Positions 43,701 to 58,700 of a stretch of 64,000 bases of DNA are shown here, piece by piece. Numbering within the stretch: the stretch's first letter is position 1; each line of letters starts with the position of its first letter. Source of the stretch: Mytilus edulis (lineage: Eukaryota); the NCBI RefSeq assembly GCF_963676685.1, contig NC_092353.1, positions 23,932,001 through 23,996,000 on the forward strand, written 5' to 3'. Made by a program: the position numbers and the translations under genes. Below the pieces are notes generated by a model. It was not told the origin of the DNA, did no database searches, and was given only the letters and a program-made list of their open reading frames with translations.

Positions 43701-46700
43701 TGTTGCAAAATGGCAAATACAAAAAAATAAACTTGCGGAAAAGATGGTATACTGCAAACATGAGGTGCAAAAATTTGTACACCATTTCCAGATGTCGACA
43801 ATTAATGTCTCTTCAGTGATGTTAGGAATCGAAACTGTATTAGGAAGGCCATATTATATTCCTAAATTAAAGATGGACTCTCGAATATTGAAAAAATAAA
43901 TAGGATAAACGGGTTTTATAAACCCGAAGGCAAAAGCTCAAACAAAAAAAATATAAACTTGTATCAATTGAAAACAACATTCAAACCTATGATTGCGTTG
44001 GATAAAAACCGCAATTTCATTTATAAGTACATCAGAACCAGTGACAACTCTACGACAGATTGTATCCATCGGATCACCAATGATGGTGATGCAAGGCTAA
44101 AAACACATTCTGTATTTATAATTCGTCTAAATAACAGTCCAATAATGTTAGATCTGTAAATTTGAAGAAGCAAATTTTCTTGCTTTCCCTGGCCGGGATT
44201 TGAACTCATGCTGCTGAGATATCATAGCACTAAAGCTTTATAGTTGAAGAGCCAAGGTGGTCGAGGGGTCTAGCGTGTCGGACATAGTGCAAGGTGATTT
44301 GCTGTCATGATATCACATTAGCATAAGTTCGAAGACCGGCCAGGGAAGAACAAAAAAATATATAAATATAACAGTACCTCAAGATGTCTAAAACATGCAT
44401 GCATCAAACGTAGAGCTTGTGTATCTTTTGTCGACAATTCTTCTATTTTCTTCTTTGTTGTCGAAAGCCATAATATGTAACGTTCAATTGTGCGATCTTT
44501 TGGTGGATTTCTCAGAGCTTCAAAAAGACCTTCAGCCTCATTGACAGGATTGTTCAAATACGTTGTAACTAAGATTGAAAGAAAGAAATATATTGATGTT
44601 TTGGACTTTCTTTGTTTATTCAACTGAATTGAAGTCAATATTGAAATGTTAAAATTTGGGGTCGATTACTGATACGGATATGATCGAGAATTCTTTATTT
44701 GTTTGTTTGTGTTGTAGGGTTGTTGTCTTATCCAAATTTTGTCTGCATCTTTTTTTCAATTATATATTATATAACTTAATATCAATTTTTATAATTCTTC
44801 TAGTAAACCAGTTCTTTCTTCTTCATTACTACAAGAATCTTATATTTCTACACTACTCACTTTGCCTGCTATCTAGAATGTCTTCCACAAAATCCATTGC
44901 TTCCATGAGTTTTTCCTTTACTGGATCTTTTCTTTGATAGTATAGGAACTGTTAAATTTAGATTACGAATATGTTATAATATTATTAATTTGTATATTTT
45001 AACAAAATTTATCGTTTGGAAAGTGTCGCATGTTAAACTTTATTTTTAAATGTTGATTGAAAAGAGCGGACAGAAAAGTTATATAGCACGGTTATTTTAG
45101 AATGTCCCTAAACCGATCTACTTTGTGACGTCCTCATCCGAATGTCATGATATTGTTAAAGTGTATAAAAAGTTTACATCTATGATCGATTAGCAAAACA
45201 AATAATCTTCAAATACATAAGAAGTATAAAAAAAACATAAACAAATTCAAATGACAACTAAAACGTAAAATCACAAAAATACTGAACTCCTAGAAAATAA
45301 AAAAAAAACGGAAAGTCCATAATCAAAAGGCAGAACCAAAAGCTCAAACACATCAAACGAATAGATAACAACTCTAATTTTCCTAAATTTGTACAGGCAT
45401 TTTCTTATGTAGAAAATATTGGACCTAATTTTATAGCTAGCTAAACCTAGCAGTTGTATGACAGTCGCATTAAATTCCTTTATATTGACACGATGAGTGA
45501 ACAAAACAAACAGACATAAAAGGTAAAAATGTCAAAAATAGGAATAAAGAAGTCAATATTGTGTTATAATCGTAATCACTATAAAAACAAACAAATTTAT
45601 AAAAAGAAGCACAAAAAGCATACAGACAAAGCACATTAGCAAAACTTAAAGCCAAGAATCAAAATTTTACAATAGCACAATAACACTATGACATGATGTA
45701 TAAGTGCATAGCCACGTCATGTGTATCAAAGAAATACAAACAGGCAAACAGACAAAGCATTTTAGCTATAAAACAAGATTGGGATACAAAAAATTACTAT
45801 AGAACCATAATTTGTATATTTTGATTAATTTGATATAAATATATTGAAATTGTCAAAAAGACAATATAATATCTATACTATATTATATATAATCCTTGTT
45901 GAAAATCGTCTTAAGTGAGATTTGTTTTACGTCTGTTGCGTTTGATTTTGTTGCAGTTCAGTGTTGCTGTTGTGCTATGATTTCCTCTTATACCTAATGT
46001 GTTTCGGTAATAGTTTGTAACCCTGATATGTGTTCGCTCTAGCGATTGATGACTATTGATAAACGGTATACTACTGGTGTCTTTATTAAGTGAGTTGTGT
46101 TAAAATGTTTTAAGATTGTGTTTGCAGTTTGCTATAAGTTCATGACCTCCAACAGTATCGATCAAATTAATAATCCTATTATTTCAAGTTGATTTTATCG
46201 TTCTAATAACAAATATGCATCATCATCTTATTCATAGTTATCATAATTATACATTGTTAATTTTCGCAAAAAGCTTTAATATGTTTATTTAAGGGGGTTC
46301 GCGGGTCTAAATCATTTATATAGGACTTCTCTATATTTTTCTATAAATGAACTTTATCTTATAGTTAATAGAAAAATAAAATAAAAAAGTGGGGTCACCG
46401 TTCGTTTGCGCTCACAATCTGCATTCAAAAGAAGCATACATTTTTGTAAAGGTGGTTTTTTTCTGTTGAAGTAATAGGAGAAATAAGGGTTATATCGAAA
46501 TAGAAAAAGAAATTTATTACAGAAATCGCTCAAATTTTACAATAATTTAGTTTAAGCACAGCTTATATGGAAATTATATTAAAAAATATAGGTCACCAAT
46601 GAGTTAAAAAAAATATTTCAATTTCAAAGCCAAAAAATGGCATTTTTCCACCAAAGGGAGATAATTTGGAACTTTTTCAATGATGTATACATTTTAAAAG

Positions 46701-49700
46701 TCATCTGGGGCCAACACAAATTGATTGTTTTGAATGATTTTTGTACCATATGATAAAGTAACAACTACAAAAGGTAATAAATTAATTTGTAATGAAAAAC
46801 AAATGTTTTATTTTTTTCTGAAATTTTTATACCCTCGAGCCTCCTTAAATCTTCGTATAATAAAGGTTATTCTTGTTTCTCAAATGAATTATTGTAATTC
46901 TGAAATTCCTCATTCCGACTGATGTATTATTAGTTGATAACTATAATAGACTGTACAGTGTGATCGTGTGTAAATTACTCCTTGTTGTTTATATTTGTGT
47001 GGTTTACATAAGTATCAATTTGCTGAATTGTTGACGTAATAAATACGAAAAAGACGGATGTGTTTGTCTTTTGATAAAATAACAGCACTGACCTCTGGCA
47101 GCTTTAGATGAATACTTGAGTAAACTAGATTCACACTCTTTAACAACTGATAACTTTTTTACATCGAGATTCGTCATGATATGTATCAAATGTTCCTTTG
47201 CACCAAATTTATCTTTGGCTCTGTTTGTGCCAGGTGAAGCGGTCAACCCCATAATCTGACAATACAAAGAAAATTGTGAATAAAAAAATCATAAATCAAG
47301 TTCATATCTTCATGTATATTTATGAATTGGCCTAGCCATAGCCTTGTAAATAATATTTGGGTAAAAAGAAAAAGAAATCAACAACTTTTAATGGACTCAG
47401 GCACCTGCACCTCTGTGCTGACACGAATTATCATTGATATGGTCCTATTTATAAACTAACTGTTTACAAAACTTTAGAATTTTTGAAATACTAAGGCTTA
47501 TTTACCTCAGGAATAGATTACCTTGGTTGTATTTGGCAAAACTTTTAGGAATTTTGGTCCTCAATGCTCTTCAACTTTGTACTAAATTTGGCCTTTTTAA
47601 CTTTTTGGGATTTGAGCGTCACTGTTGAGTTTTTTGTAGACGAAACGCGCGTCTGGCGTAAATAATATACAAAATGTAATCCTGGTATCTATGATAAGTT
47701 TATCTGCATATACATTGTACATTGTTGCAGATTTGAAATACTTTTTTCAAAACATAGTATATTTATGATATTCGTCCTTCTGCTAGCTTACAGTAAATAT
47801 TATTTTCGTACTTGAATTTGTTCATTGTAAATAAACCCACCATAGATACCAAGATTAAAATTTTATATTTACGCCGACGCGTGGTTTCGTCTACAAAATA
47901 TAATGTTCTGTTAAATCAACACCCATTTAAAAAAAAACCAAAGAGTTTGTTCTTTCACCACTGTGCCAGGTCAGAAGGAATTATCACAACTATGATGAAC
48001 ACCGCCACATTCGTTTAGTGTCTGTTCCAAACCAGAATTATTTTATCAAGTGAATAAAGATTGTTGATATCTGAAATAAGGTTTGTGTTCAGAGATGAAG
48101 TAAAAATCAAGCCGTTGTTTTTATTTCCATTTGACTTGATTTTAAGTTTGGCATAAAAGGACTTTTTTCCCATAACAGCTGTATTTGGCAAAATTTAGGA
48201 ATTTTTGGTCCTCAATGCTCTTCAACTTCGTACCTTATTTGGTCTTTAAAACATTTGTTGATTCGAGCGTCACTGGTGAGCCTTTTGTAGACGAAACGCG
48301 CGTCTGGCGTAAATATAAAATTTTAATCCTGCTATCTATGATGAGTTTATTTGCAACCACTAGGTCGATGCCACTGCTGGTGGAGATTTATTTCCCCGAG
48401 CGTATCACCAGCCCAGTAGTCAGCACTTCTGTGTTGACTTCAGTTATCATTGATATGTTCATAATTATAAATTAGCTGTTTACAAAACTTTGAATTTTTG
48501 AAAAGCTAAGGCTTTTCTACCTCAGTAATATACTACCTTAGCTGTATTTGGCAAAACGTTTAGGAATTTTTGGTCCTCAATGCTCTTCAACTTCGTACTT
48601 CATTTGGCCTTTAAAACAATTTTTGATTCGAGCGTCACTGATGAGTCTTTTGTAGACGAAACGCGCGTATGGCGTAAATATAAATTTTTTATCCTGGTAT
48701 CTATGATGAGTTTATTTGTATTCATTGCTAAACACCGAATGTTTACCTGTTAGTGCCAGGGTTGGAAAAAAAACCGGGTTTTATGAGTATTGCCCAGCCC
48801 AGTGGGAAATACTGGGAAAACCCGGGTTTTACTGGGTTTTGGTGGGTAATACTGGGCAATACTGGGTAATATAAGATACTGGTCTGAATTTTATAGAGGT
48901 TTCAGTGATTAAACACAAATGCTATACATTTAAGATAAATATAACCTTTTTTGTTTGTCTGGATTGGTAAAACTGTAATTATAAAGATAAAAACTTTTTT
49001 TAAATAAATATTACTCCTATTAAAAATTAACAATTCCATGTAAGAAAAGTTACATTTAAATAATGTACATGTACTGTCCCTAATTAGTAAGTAATTATTT
49101 AGATTAGAATGCAGATTTGTTTATGTAACAATAATCAGCCCTTTCAATTCTATAAGTGATGATGGCATGACCCCTTAGGGTGTTTATTTAGCAATATGAA
49201 TGCATAACATTTGGAATTAACAATTCATTTAACATTGCAATAAATATTTTTTTTAAAGTATGGATTATTGGAACAATGCTTGGTAATAACAAGGTTTCCT
49301 TAAATGTGCAAATGTTGTATTCTGTCTACATAGAAGGAAATGAAATTGAATATTTCATTCTTTTAGAAATGACTGTCAATGGTTATCTGTATAAAAAGTA
49401 TATATTTAGCTGTAATACTATGAAACTATATCAAGACTTTACTATTTTGTGTTAAAATAAGCTTCAAAAATGATATTGCCCAGTAATGCCCATTATTCCC
49501 CATTTCTTGGAGTATTGCCCAGCCCGGGAAAACCCGGCGGGAATTCCCGGGTGGGTAATACTTTGCCAACCCTGGTAAGTGCTCAAATCTATGTCTCTAG
49601 AAATATTTGGCTCATAAGCATTTTTTAATACATAAAAAAAAAACCTTTTCATTAAACAAGCAAAGATAACACACACATATGTTGTTTAGATGGAACAAAG

Positions 49701-52700
49701 AAAGAGCATTGTATACTCAATTTCAAAGAAGCGTATATCGAAACTATATGGTCTTTCTGTTTATTCATAGATACAAAAGGTGAAAAAGAGGGAAAAAAAA
49801 CAAAATTTTTATTATATCATCTCAGTATCTAAATAAATTCATCATAGATACTAGGATTAATGTTGTATCTATTACGTCAGACGCGCGTTTCGTCTACAAA
49901 AGACTCGCAAGTAATGTTTGAATCCCAAAATGTTAAAAAGGCCAAATAAAGTACGAATTTGAAGAGCATTGAGAACCTACATCCATCATATATCTCAGTA
50001 TCTAATCAATAACATATTAACCTGACAGATACAAATGCTATACAGTTTAATACCTGTGGAAGATTGTTTTGTTCATTTTCGAATTTCTTCTTTCTGTAAT
50101 GACCCATTATTTCATTATATGGAGATTTGCCATAGGTATGATGACATTCATCCAGTACTAACAGTGTAAACTGATCAATATTTACTCTTGAAAACTCATC
50201 TTCCAGAAAATTACATAGAGACTTTGGAGTAAGAAACAAAATGCTACATCGATTGACCAAACTTTTAAAGGTTCCGCTTGTAAATTCTTGACCAGCTTCC
50301 CATTTTTGTATTTTCCCCTGAAATGAAATAAAAGTATAAGTGTTCTATAACATCAACCATAAGAATAGTACGACCACCTATTGCAAGCAAAGAAGATGCT
50401 TTGGCATAATAATAATTTTATTGAATTCCGACAGACGATTTGAAACTGGTTTACAGTAATTTGTGTAATAGAAAGTAGAATAATAACCCGTTCATGTCAA
50501 GGCGATCACGGTACACATTCTATAAATGACAGAGTTCATTGTGATGGGTTGTTGAGAAGCTCTATATCTAGATTTGGTCTCGCTTTTGTACTGTATAGTT
50601 TTATCAGCCATTCAATGTTTGAATTATGTTTAAATTTCAAATAGGTATGCCTCGAGCCTTACTGAAGAATCATTAATTGCCATAAAGCGCATCTGGAGCA
50701 GTAAAATGAACTCCGTTAATTTTATCATGCATCCTCTAATGAAAATTACACTAATAGTACATTTTCACAACATCATATATGAGAAAATAAAATAAAAGTA
50801 TATATATAACATTGCAATTGAATATCAGTAAATACCCTTAATGCGCCTGGTGAATTCAGAATTTTACAAAAGATACTTGTAATGCTTTATTTATTTTGCT
50901 CAAAATAATATTACCTTAGATGATAGACCCGGTAGTAATTTGCATGCTGTATCAAACTGTTGCCCAAGTAATACGTTTGTTCTCGTCATGAAGACCACTT
51001 TCCCTACGGAAAGTATAAGAAAATACATAGGTTCAGAATACTGTTGATAAATCATTATATTTTATTTTCATTATCCTGCTATATTACCCTGATGCACCCA
51101 GGAGAATATACTGATGGTCACTGTTTTACGTTCACACTCTTATCCAGGGAAAACCGGCGTGGTCACTGTTGATAAATCATAGTGAATATATCTCTTTGCT
51201 GCGTTCCCTTATAACAGCATCTTCGCTAGCCAAGAGTTACGATCCACTCCCCTCCTCTCCACCCTTGGCGGATTGAGACAAATTTTTGGAGACACAAGGT
51301 ATTGATTTTTATTAGTTGCAGTCGAAACTCGCTGCATCCAAGCAAAAAGCACCTACAACATGATCACGTGTAAAGGCAGAAAGGGTATGTAAACAATTGC
51401 CACGTGCTTATTGTACAACAAGTTTTTACATCCCTAAACATACGACTATATTTATTGACAATTTCAATGTTTTTAATCAACTAATAGGAGTTCCTGTGTA
51501 TGTTTCGTGCACATAGTCATGAATGTCAACGTATGTTTTCGTTTCCTGCTTTATCAAGTTTGTAGAATCTTGACGCTACCGTATTTTTACCTCCAAATTG
51601 AAGGGTTCAAGTGCTACCATTGGTCAAGAAAAAAGAATTCGGAATGGGCGTAACTTCAATCTACCGATAGATGGCACAACATATCAAAGATGTTGGCTTA
51701 ATCTGCCAAGGGTGAAGAGGAGGGGAGTGGATCGTAACCCTTGGCTAGCGAAGATGTTATAATAGTAAATGGTCAAAACGGTTTGTATAAAAATAAAATC
51801 ACTCAATGTTTTTTTAGGGAACTTATATAAAAGTATGATACTTCTTTAAATGCACAGTGTTTGAGTGGCTGAAATAATCTTCTGAAAACCTTTTAGAAAC
51901 TATAGAAGTCATACCCTAGGATAAAACAAACTTAATGTTTTAAATCATTTTCACATTGTGTGAATGTCAAATGTACCAAAATTAGCCACACTTGTGATCG
52001 TTCATGTTCGCACCTGGTCTTTGAAAACTGTGATGACGAAACGTCCATCGCCAGTTAATTTGAACCAAGTAATTTCCAACTCTATTCATGTATATTATAC
52101 TTAAAATTTTTATTCAAATGATAATTGTGCGCAGCTAAATACAATATTTACATCAATTGTGTACTGCATCCCATTTCTAATTATATAACGAATTGATGTT
52201 GTCATCGTCACTTACAGCAAACCTAAGAACTGTGACTAATACCATTTACTTTTAAAAAAATCCAGTAATAAGAATATGAATATTTTCTACTTCGACTTAT
52301 TAAATTGTATCTATAGAGTGTTGAACTTCTATATTGAATGGGTTTCTGGCTAACGCAGTCTCAACATTAATCAGTTACTTAATTCTGCTGACCAATGATC
52401 TTTTAGAAAATTTGTTGCAATTTCTCTTTATGTCCATTTTTTTTTTAACAAAGTACGTTGCTAGATTTCATCCTATTTTGCGAGTTACTATAAAATGGTT
52501 TCATGACGTTACCTATAAATTACCTGCAGTATTTTTCTCAATATGGCTTTCAATAACCTTAAGGGCAACGTATGTTTTACCAGCGTTTGTGCCAGCACAT
52601 ACAATTGTGTTGACTCCTTTAAGTGCTAAATCCGCAAGCTCTTGCTGATAGTCCCGAAGATTTATTAATGATTTCTGGAACCCATCAGTTATAGTTGCAT

Positions 52701-55700
52701 CTTCATCAGAATGTGTATCATGCATGTCTTCAATAAATAGCAGTTTTTGATTACATCAAACATTTAAATAATATTGCTTATACTGTGCATGCATGTGAAT
52801 TTTGTGATTCAAATATCCTACAATTAATCATAATCATTTATCATTTGAACTGTTTCACATTTCGTTTTATTAACGCTTAATATAACCGATTTTATCTATT
52901 GTAAGGATTTTTCTTATTGTTGAGGATCGTCTATTCACATACTGTTGCTTACATCCACGATAGTTTGAGTCTGATGGATTGCTGTGTCGTTTGAAATCTT
53001 ATTTAATCTCCTTAAAATATGGCATATCTCCTATAATGAAAAACTACTCCCCCTTTCCATAATATTCTTAATTTTTTTTTAGGATGACTTTTTAATGTTC
53101 GTTGTAGGGTTAAATTATTCTTATTCGTTATATCTCCTTGCATTATATTCATGTCGAAAGGGACGTGGTTTACATACATTATTCGTTTTAAGTTTTGTTT
53201 TTAACGTAGATCAACTAAAGAGAGTTTATCATTTTAATTTACTATAAGAGAGGCGAAAGATACCCAAGAAACAGTCTACACAAAGGTCGACAACTCCATG
53301 GCTTAAATAACAATAAAAAAACAGACGAAAAACAGTAGACAAAACAAATCATAGAAAAAAAAGACTAAGTAACATAGAACCCAACCAAAACTGGGGATAT
53401 TCCCAGGCGTTCCCGACGGAAAGGCAGTAGGTACAGCAATTAGAGCATGTATGAAGTCATATTTGGAACAAATATTCCATAACGTTAAAACGACTCGCTA
53501 TGGCGTCTGTAATATTGACGAAGAGAGTTCAAATTCAACATCACTGAATTTAAGTTTTATTTTGGTATTTGATAAATGACTTTTTTCCTTGGAACTCGGT
53601 ATATTTTTTACTTTACTTTTTTGAAACTCTTAGTTTAATGGTTTCCTTGCAGGCAACAACTCTTTATCAAGGATATCGTGATAGAAAATACAAGACCTGA
53701 AATATCGTATCAACTGTGAGATAGATAAACTTCGTATGCAGAAGCTGCTAGATTGATGCTATATAGAATTCGTAAGCTCACAATTGGAAAATTGAAATCA
53801 TCTCTTTTGACGTAAAGCCCTGTTTTCAACGGTAAATTTCTAGATGTAACTCAAGATATAAGACACATTTATTTGTATCTGTCGTATATAATTGTTCTCA
53901 ACTCCAATTGGATAGATGCGTTCAACGTTCTACAGTTTGTAAAAAGTAAAATACAAAACACCAAACTGAAAGGACAATGTCAAAACGTAAATTATTTTAT
54001 CAAATTACAAACTCAAAAACTAAAACACATTTACAGCTTTTACATTAATGCTAGCAAGACAAATCTTTGTTTGGCTTGCTTGCTTTGTGTGTATCAATGT
54101 TTGCTCAAGCATGTCAATTAAGATAGGCGGGGCTTCAGCTTGTATACATCATACTTAAATTTTATTGGACGTTACGTTTGAGGTTTAGGACACTTAATTT
54201 TAAAACATCACATGACAAATATTCTCACATGTTTCCTCACCTGTAAAAATACAATAATTGGTCAATGAAAGAAAAATATAAACTTAATATTGTTTTTTTT
54301 TTTTATAACATATCAATCTATTAGTTCAGTTGTTTCCGTGTCTGCCCTTTCATTTATGTAACTCAAGAAAAAATTCCAATAAATGGGTAACAATTGTATC
54401 GAAAAGAAAAAATCGAGTGCACCTTTTTTATGTTAGGGTGTGTTTGAGATGAATATTTTGTCTTGAAATGAAAACGTACAAAGGAAGAGTATTTGATACA
54501 TCATCTCACTTCAGATTCTATCATTTTTATATAGCAAAGCTACAGGTTGACTTTATAACATAAAAAAATCACAATACTAAAAGATGAAATGTAGGGGTCA
54601 AGTGAAATACCTATCCAATGAATCACAAAATCAGAGTTGGTGTGTTCGAATAGCTATTTTACCAAAAGTATTTGACGACAATCTTTAAGTTGGATGATGA
54701 AAATGCATATCTTCGAAAAAAATTTGGTTTCCATTTCTACGATTGTGAAAATGAACTGCCGTAATGGGGAGATAATTTTGACGAAGTAGAATCCTGACTG
54801 TATTGTATATTTACAGGTAAGGAAACATGTGAGAATATTTGTCATGTGATGTTTTAAAATTTAGTGTCCTTAACCTCAAACATAACGTCCAATAAAATTT
54901 AAGTATGATGTATACAATCTGAAACCCCGCCTATCTTAATTGTCATGCTTGAGCAAACATTGATACAAACAAAGCAAGCAAGCCAAACAAAGATTTGTCT
55001 TGCTAGCATTAATGTAAAAGCTGTAACGAATGGAAAACAACTGTCATATTTCTAACTTGTACAGATATTTTCATTTTTCAATGTCAAATAATTACAAACT
55101 AAAAGAACATTAAATCAGGTGTTTACCTTCACTTTCTATATTGTCAAAGTGTACAATTTCCATGTCTTCCTCTGTCTCTGCCGAATTAGAAATTAGTTAA
55201 GATAAATAAGATTGAATACCAAAAAGTGTTCCAAAATGTGAGTTTTTTTTCTTCGATAGATGGTATAATCCAGATTTGGTACAAAGGTTCAGATAATCTA
55301 GTCCTCTGTTCATTTTAGCGTCGCTATTAATTTGTATGACAGTTTTGATTGGAACTGAATTGATTGAATAACATACCTTTTTAAAAATTTCTCGTTAGAA
55401 AATTAGGAAAATAATTTGGAAACCAAGGCGCAAACTCTCTCAGGAAAAGCTGACCTTAAACAGATTTTACTATTCGTTTTTCGATTCTTAAATAATAAAT
55501 CTTTTAATCATTTTCATGTTTTTATGCATCCATGTAAACGATAATAAAATGATGATATCATAAGAATATTCAAAATTAAATCAGGACTCTACCAAAGGCA
55601 GGAAAATCCATGACCAACAAAACGAAGACAACAGGACTACATACTCATTGAAGACAATAGGTTAAAAGTATAATCACAAAAATACTGAACTCCAAGGAAA

Positions 55701-58700
55701 ATTCAAAAAGGAAAAAAGTCCCTAAGCGAATGGCAATGTCAAAAGTTCAAACACATCAAACGAATGAATAACAACTATTACATCACTGTCTTGCTACAGG
55801 CATTTTTTAATGTAGAAAATGGGGGATCGAACCTGGTTTTATAACTATCTAAATCTCTCACTTGTAAGACAGTCGCATCAAACTTACATTTCAAATGGAT
55901 AAGCCGAAAACTACACATGCTACAGACGGTAAACAAAAAAATCCCGAGAAGATAAATTATCAATACTGATAAATTTGTCGCCTGTTTCTTTTATCTTACT
56001 TATCAATACTGGATATCAAAATAACATAAGACAACCTTACAATCAACATTTTATTGCAGGTATGAATACGATACATGGAACATCTCTATTTTTATAGTAG
56101 TAATAACCATAATATAAACAATCAGATATATGCTTTAGAGTATCTGTTAAATTTACGGTCGTGGGTCTGGTTTGTTGTTTCTAATAAATCCAAATATGTG
56201 CAAGAATAATTAAAAATAATTAAAAAAACTGTTACTATGATTATTTACGGACCAAGTATGTAATCATTCCTTTAATTTGAAGCCATTCTCATGTTAATCT
56301 CGTTTTCACTGCATAAAACATCATGAAATACAAACAGCAGACAGATAAAAAAAAAGACAGAATACGACTTCAATTGCGTAGCCTGCTATGGTTCGTCTTG
56401 TTCTTTTACTTAGAAAAATAATCAAATTCTGTTTAATTACTATCAGTTTTTGATATTAACTATTCTTAACACTCTTTCGTGCAATTCAAAAATGAACAGA
56501 GAAATTGCGCCTTGAAAGTGCAGAAACTTAATAAAAAAAACCAAAAAAACTTAGTTACGTAAATTTGTTTATTCTACTACCCCAGCATCTGACATATCTG
56601 ACATAAACGTTTAAAAAACATACCTGTAATCTTCTCTTTCCTACTGGCCTTTACCTTTTTCTTACGTTCTCCTTTTTCAACAATAGCTTCCTCTGCATGA
56701 AGAAAATCACTTATTACGACTATGCATTTTATCGAGGTTTTACGTTGATCATTTAATACACTTTGGTTTTAATTGCTTTCATAAATGAAGATCTTTAAAA
56801 CCTCATCTAACTGTTATGAGTATAATTCCTTCAGATATGAATAATTGTTTTTAGTCTAGCATGTAACCGTTATCTAGAATGGGGATTACTCACCTAAAGG
56901 TCTTTTGTTTGTCATATGTGTTACATCATCTGACTTTGTAGATAATTCTTTGTCAGATGGACTTTGTTGAATTAAAATCTGTTGATTTGTATCTGAAATT
57001 GTATTCAAATATGTAAAATTTATCCCACTACAGAATTGAACGCAGAAAGATTAGGAAGACATGTTATCCATCCATGACACATTATGCTGACACCGATCCG
57101 ACCGTAAGTGCTGATATACAAACACGTTTCCGGTTATCGTTTGCTTGTTTACGCAATTATTTGCACTTAACTTTTTAATCACCGTAAAAAAGAAATCTCG
57201 AACTAACAAAAGTATTCAGGTCGATAACACTGCTAGTAGAGGTAATCCCTATAAGAATTCACCATCCCAGTAGTCAGCACTTCTGTGTTGACATGCATTT
57301 TCATTCTGTTTTTTTTTTTTTAATTTGGCGAATGTTTTCGTTTTCATCACCGCTCTTCAACTTCAAACTTTCTTTGGCTTTTTTTTTCGATCGTCACGGA
57401 TTAAAATTTGGGCCATAAAATATCAATATTGGTATTCATGATAAGTGTATTGTACATTAAATGATCATTTTCTTTTTTTCTTTTTTTTTTAAATATGAAT
57501 GATATTTATGTAGAATCACGTATTCTAGGGAAAATTACTATTTTTAGTATCAAATATGTATATTCGTAATTAAGTAAGTTTTTAACTGACGTTTGAATTT
57601 CAGTATTTTTTTATTTTTTCATGAAGTGCTTTATCTGTAAGAACTAAATAAATAAATACTGACCATTATCTTTCCTTTTAGAAAAATGATCCGCAGAGGC
57701 ATCTTTGGGAACGCCAACTGGATTTTTTTTATTTCCTTCTGCAAATGAATTCAAATGTACATTACTTAACGTACTACTTTAATACTGTACCTTTATTCTA
57801 GCGTCACTGATAACAAAATTTGTAGGCGAAAGGCGCGTATAGCTTATAAAATATAAAGATTCGTATTCATGAGTTTATTGTATCTAATTTAACTAGTATA
57901 TTTTAAATATGAATTATACTTATGTAGGGCTCAAGTGTTTTGAGGGGAAATTACTAGATTTTAGTATCAAAAGAGTTAGTTGGTAATAAGGTTAGTTTTT
58001 GACTGCCGTTGTAAAAACTAAACAAATACTGACCACTATCTTTCTTTCCAGTAAATTGGTACACAGAGGCATCTTTGGGAATACCAACTGGAATTTCTAT
58101 ATTTCCTCCTGCAAATACATGTAAGTGTACATCATTTAACGTAGTACTTTACTTTGCTTTTTTAAGTTTTTATTCGAGCGTCATTAATGAGATTTTTGTA
58201 TGCGAAAAGTGCGTCTGATGTACTAAAGTTTAAGCCTGGTATCGGTAGGAGTTTTTATTCTCGCCTAACTTAAAAATGTGTGTTAAATATCGAACTTCAG
58301 ACAATTTACTGTATGCATACTGTGAATATGAAAACAAACGCGTCAAGTATATCTATTTTAAATTTTTTTCTGTGACAATTAAAACAAAATTTCCAATTGA
58401 ATATACTTCAAAACCACATCATATGTTGCTACTATATATGTTATAACATTTATATTACCAATCCATTTGCAAATTGAAATGGAAATACTTGTGTCAATTA
58501 TTTTTGGATAATATATAACAAGAATAAAAATTATAATAACCTTTGGTATGTTCTAAGACTACGTGCTGTTTTCCCTGTGACTTAACTATTGATAACTTTA
58601 CAGTTGCGTTGACATTGAAACTAACTTCATGTGATAATTCTGAAACGAAATACTTCATATAATTATGGAGAGATAAATAGTTTTACATCCTTATATCACT

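Noticed and set aside
43332-44360. tRNA genes
   Set aside because: A/B boxes are present, but I could not form a proper cloverleaf, the copies are diverged and share a non-tRNA tail: SINE heads.
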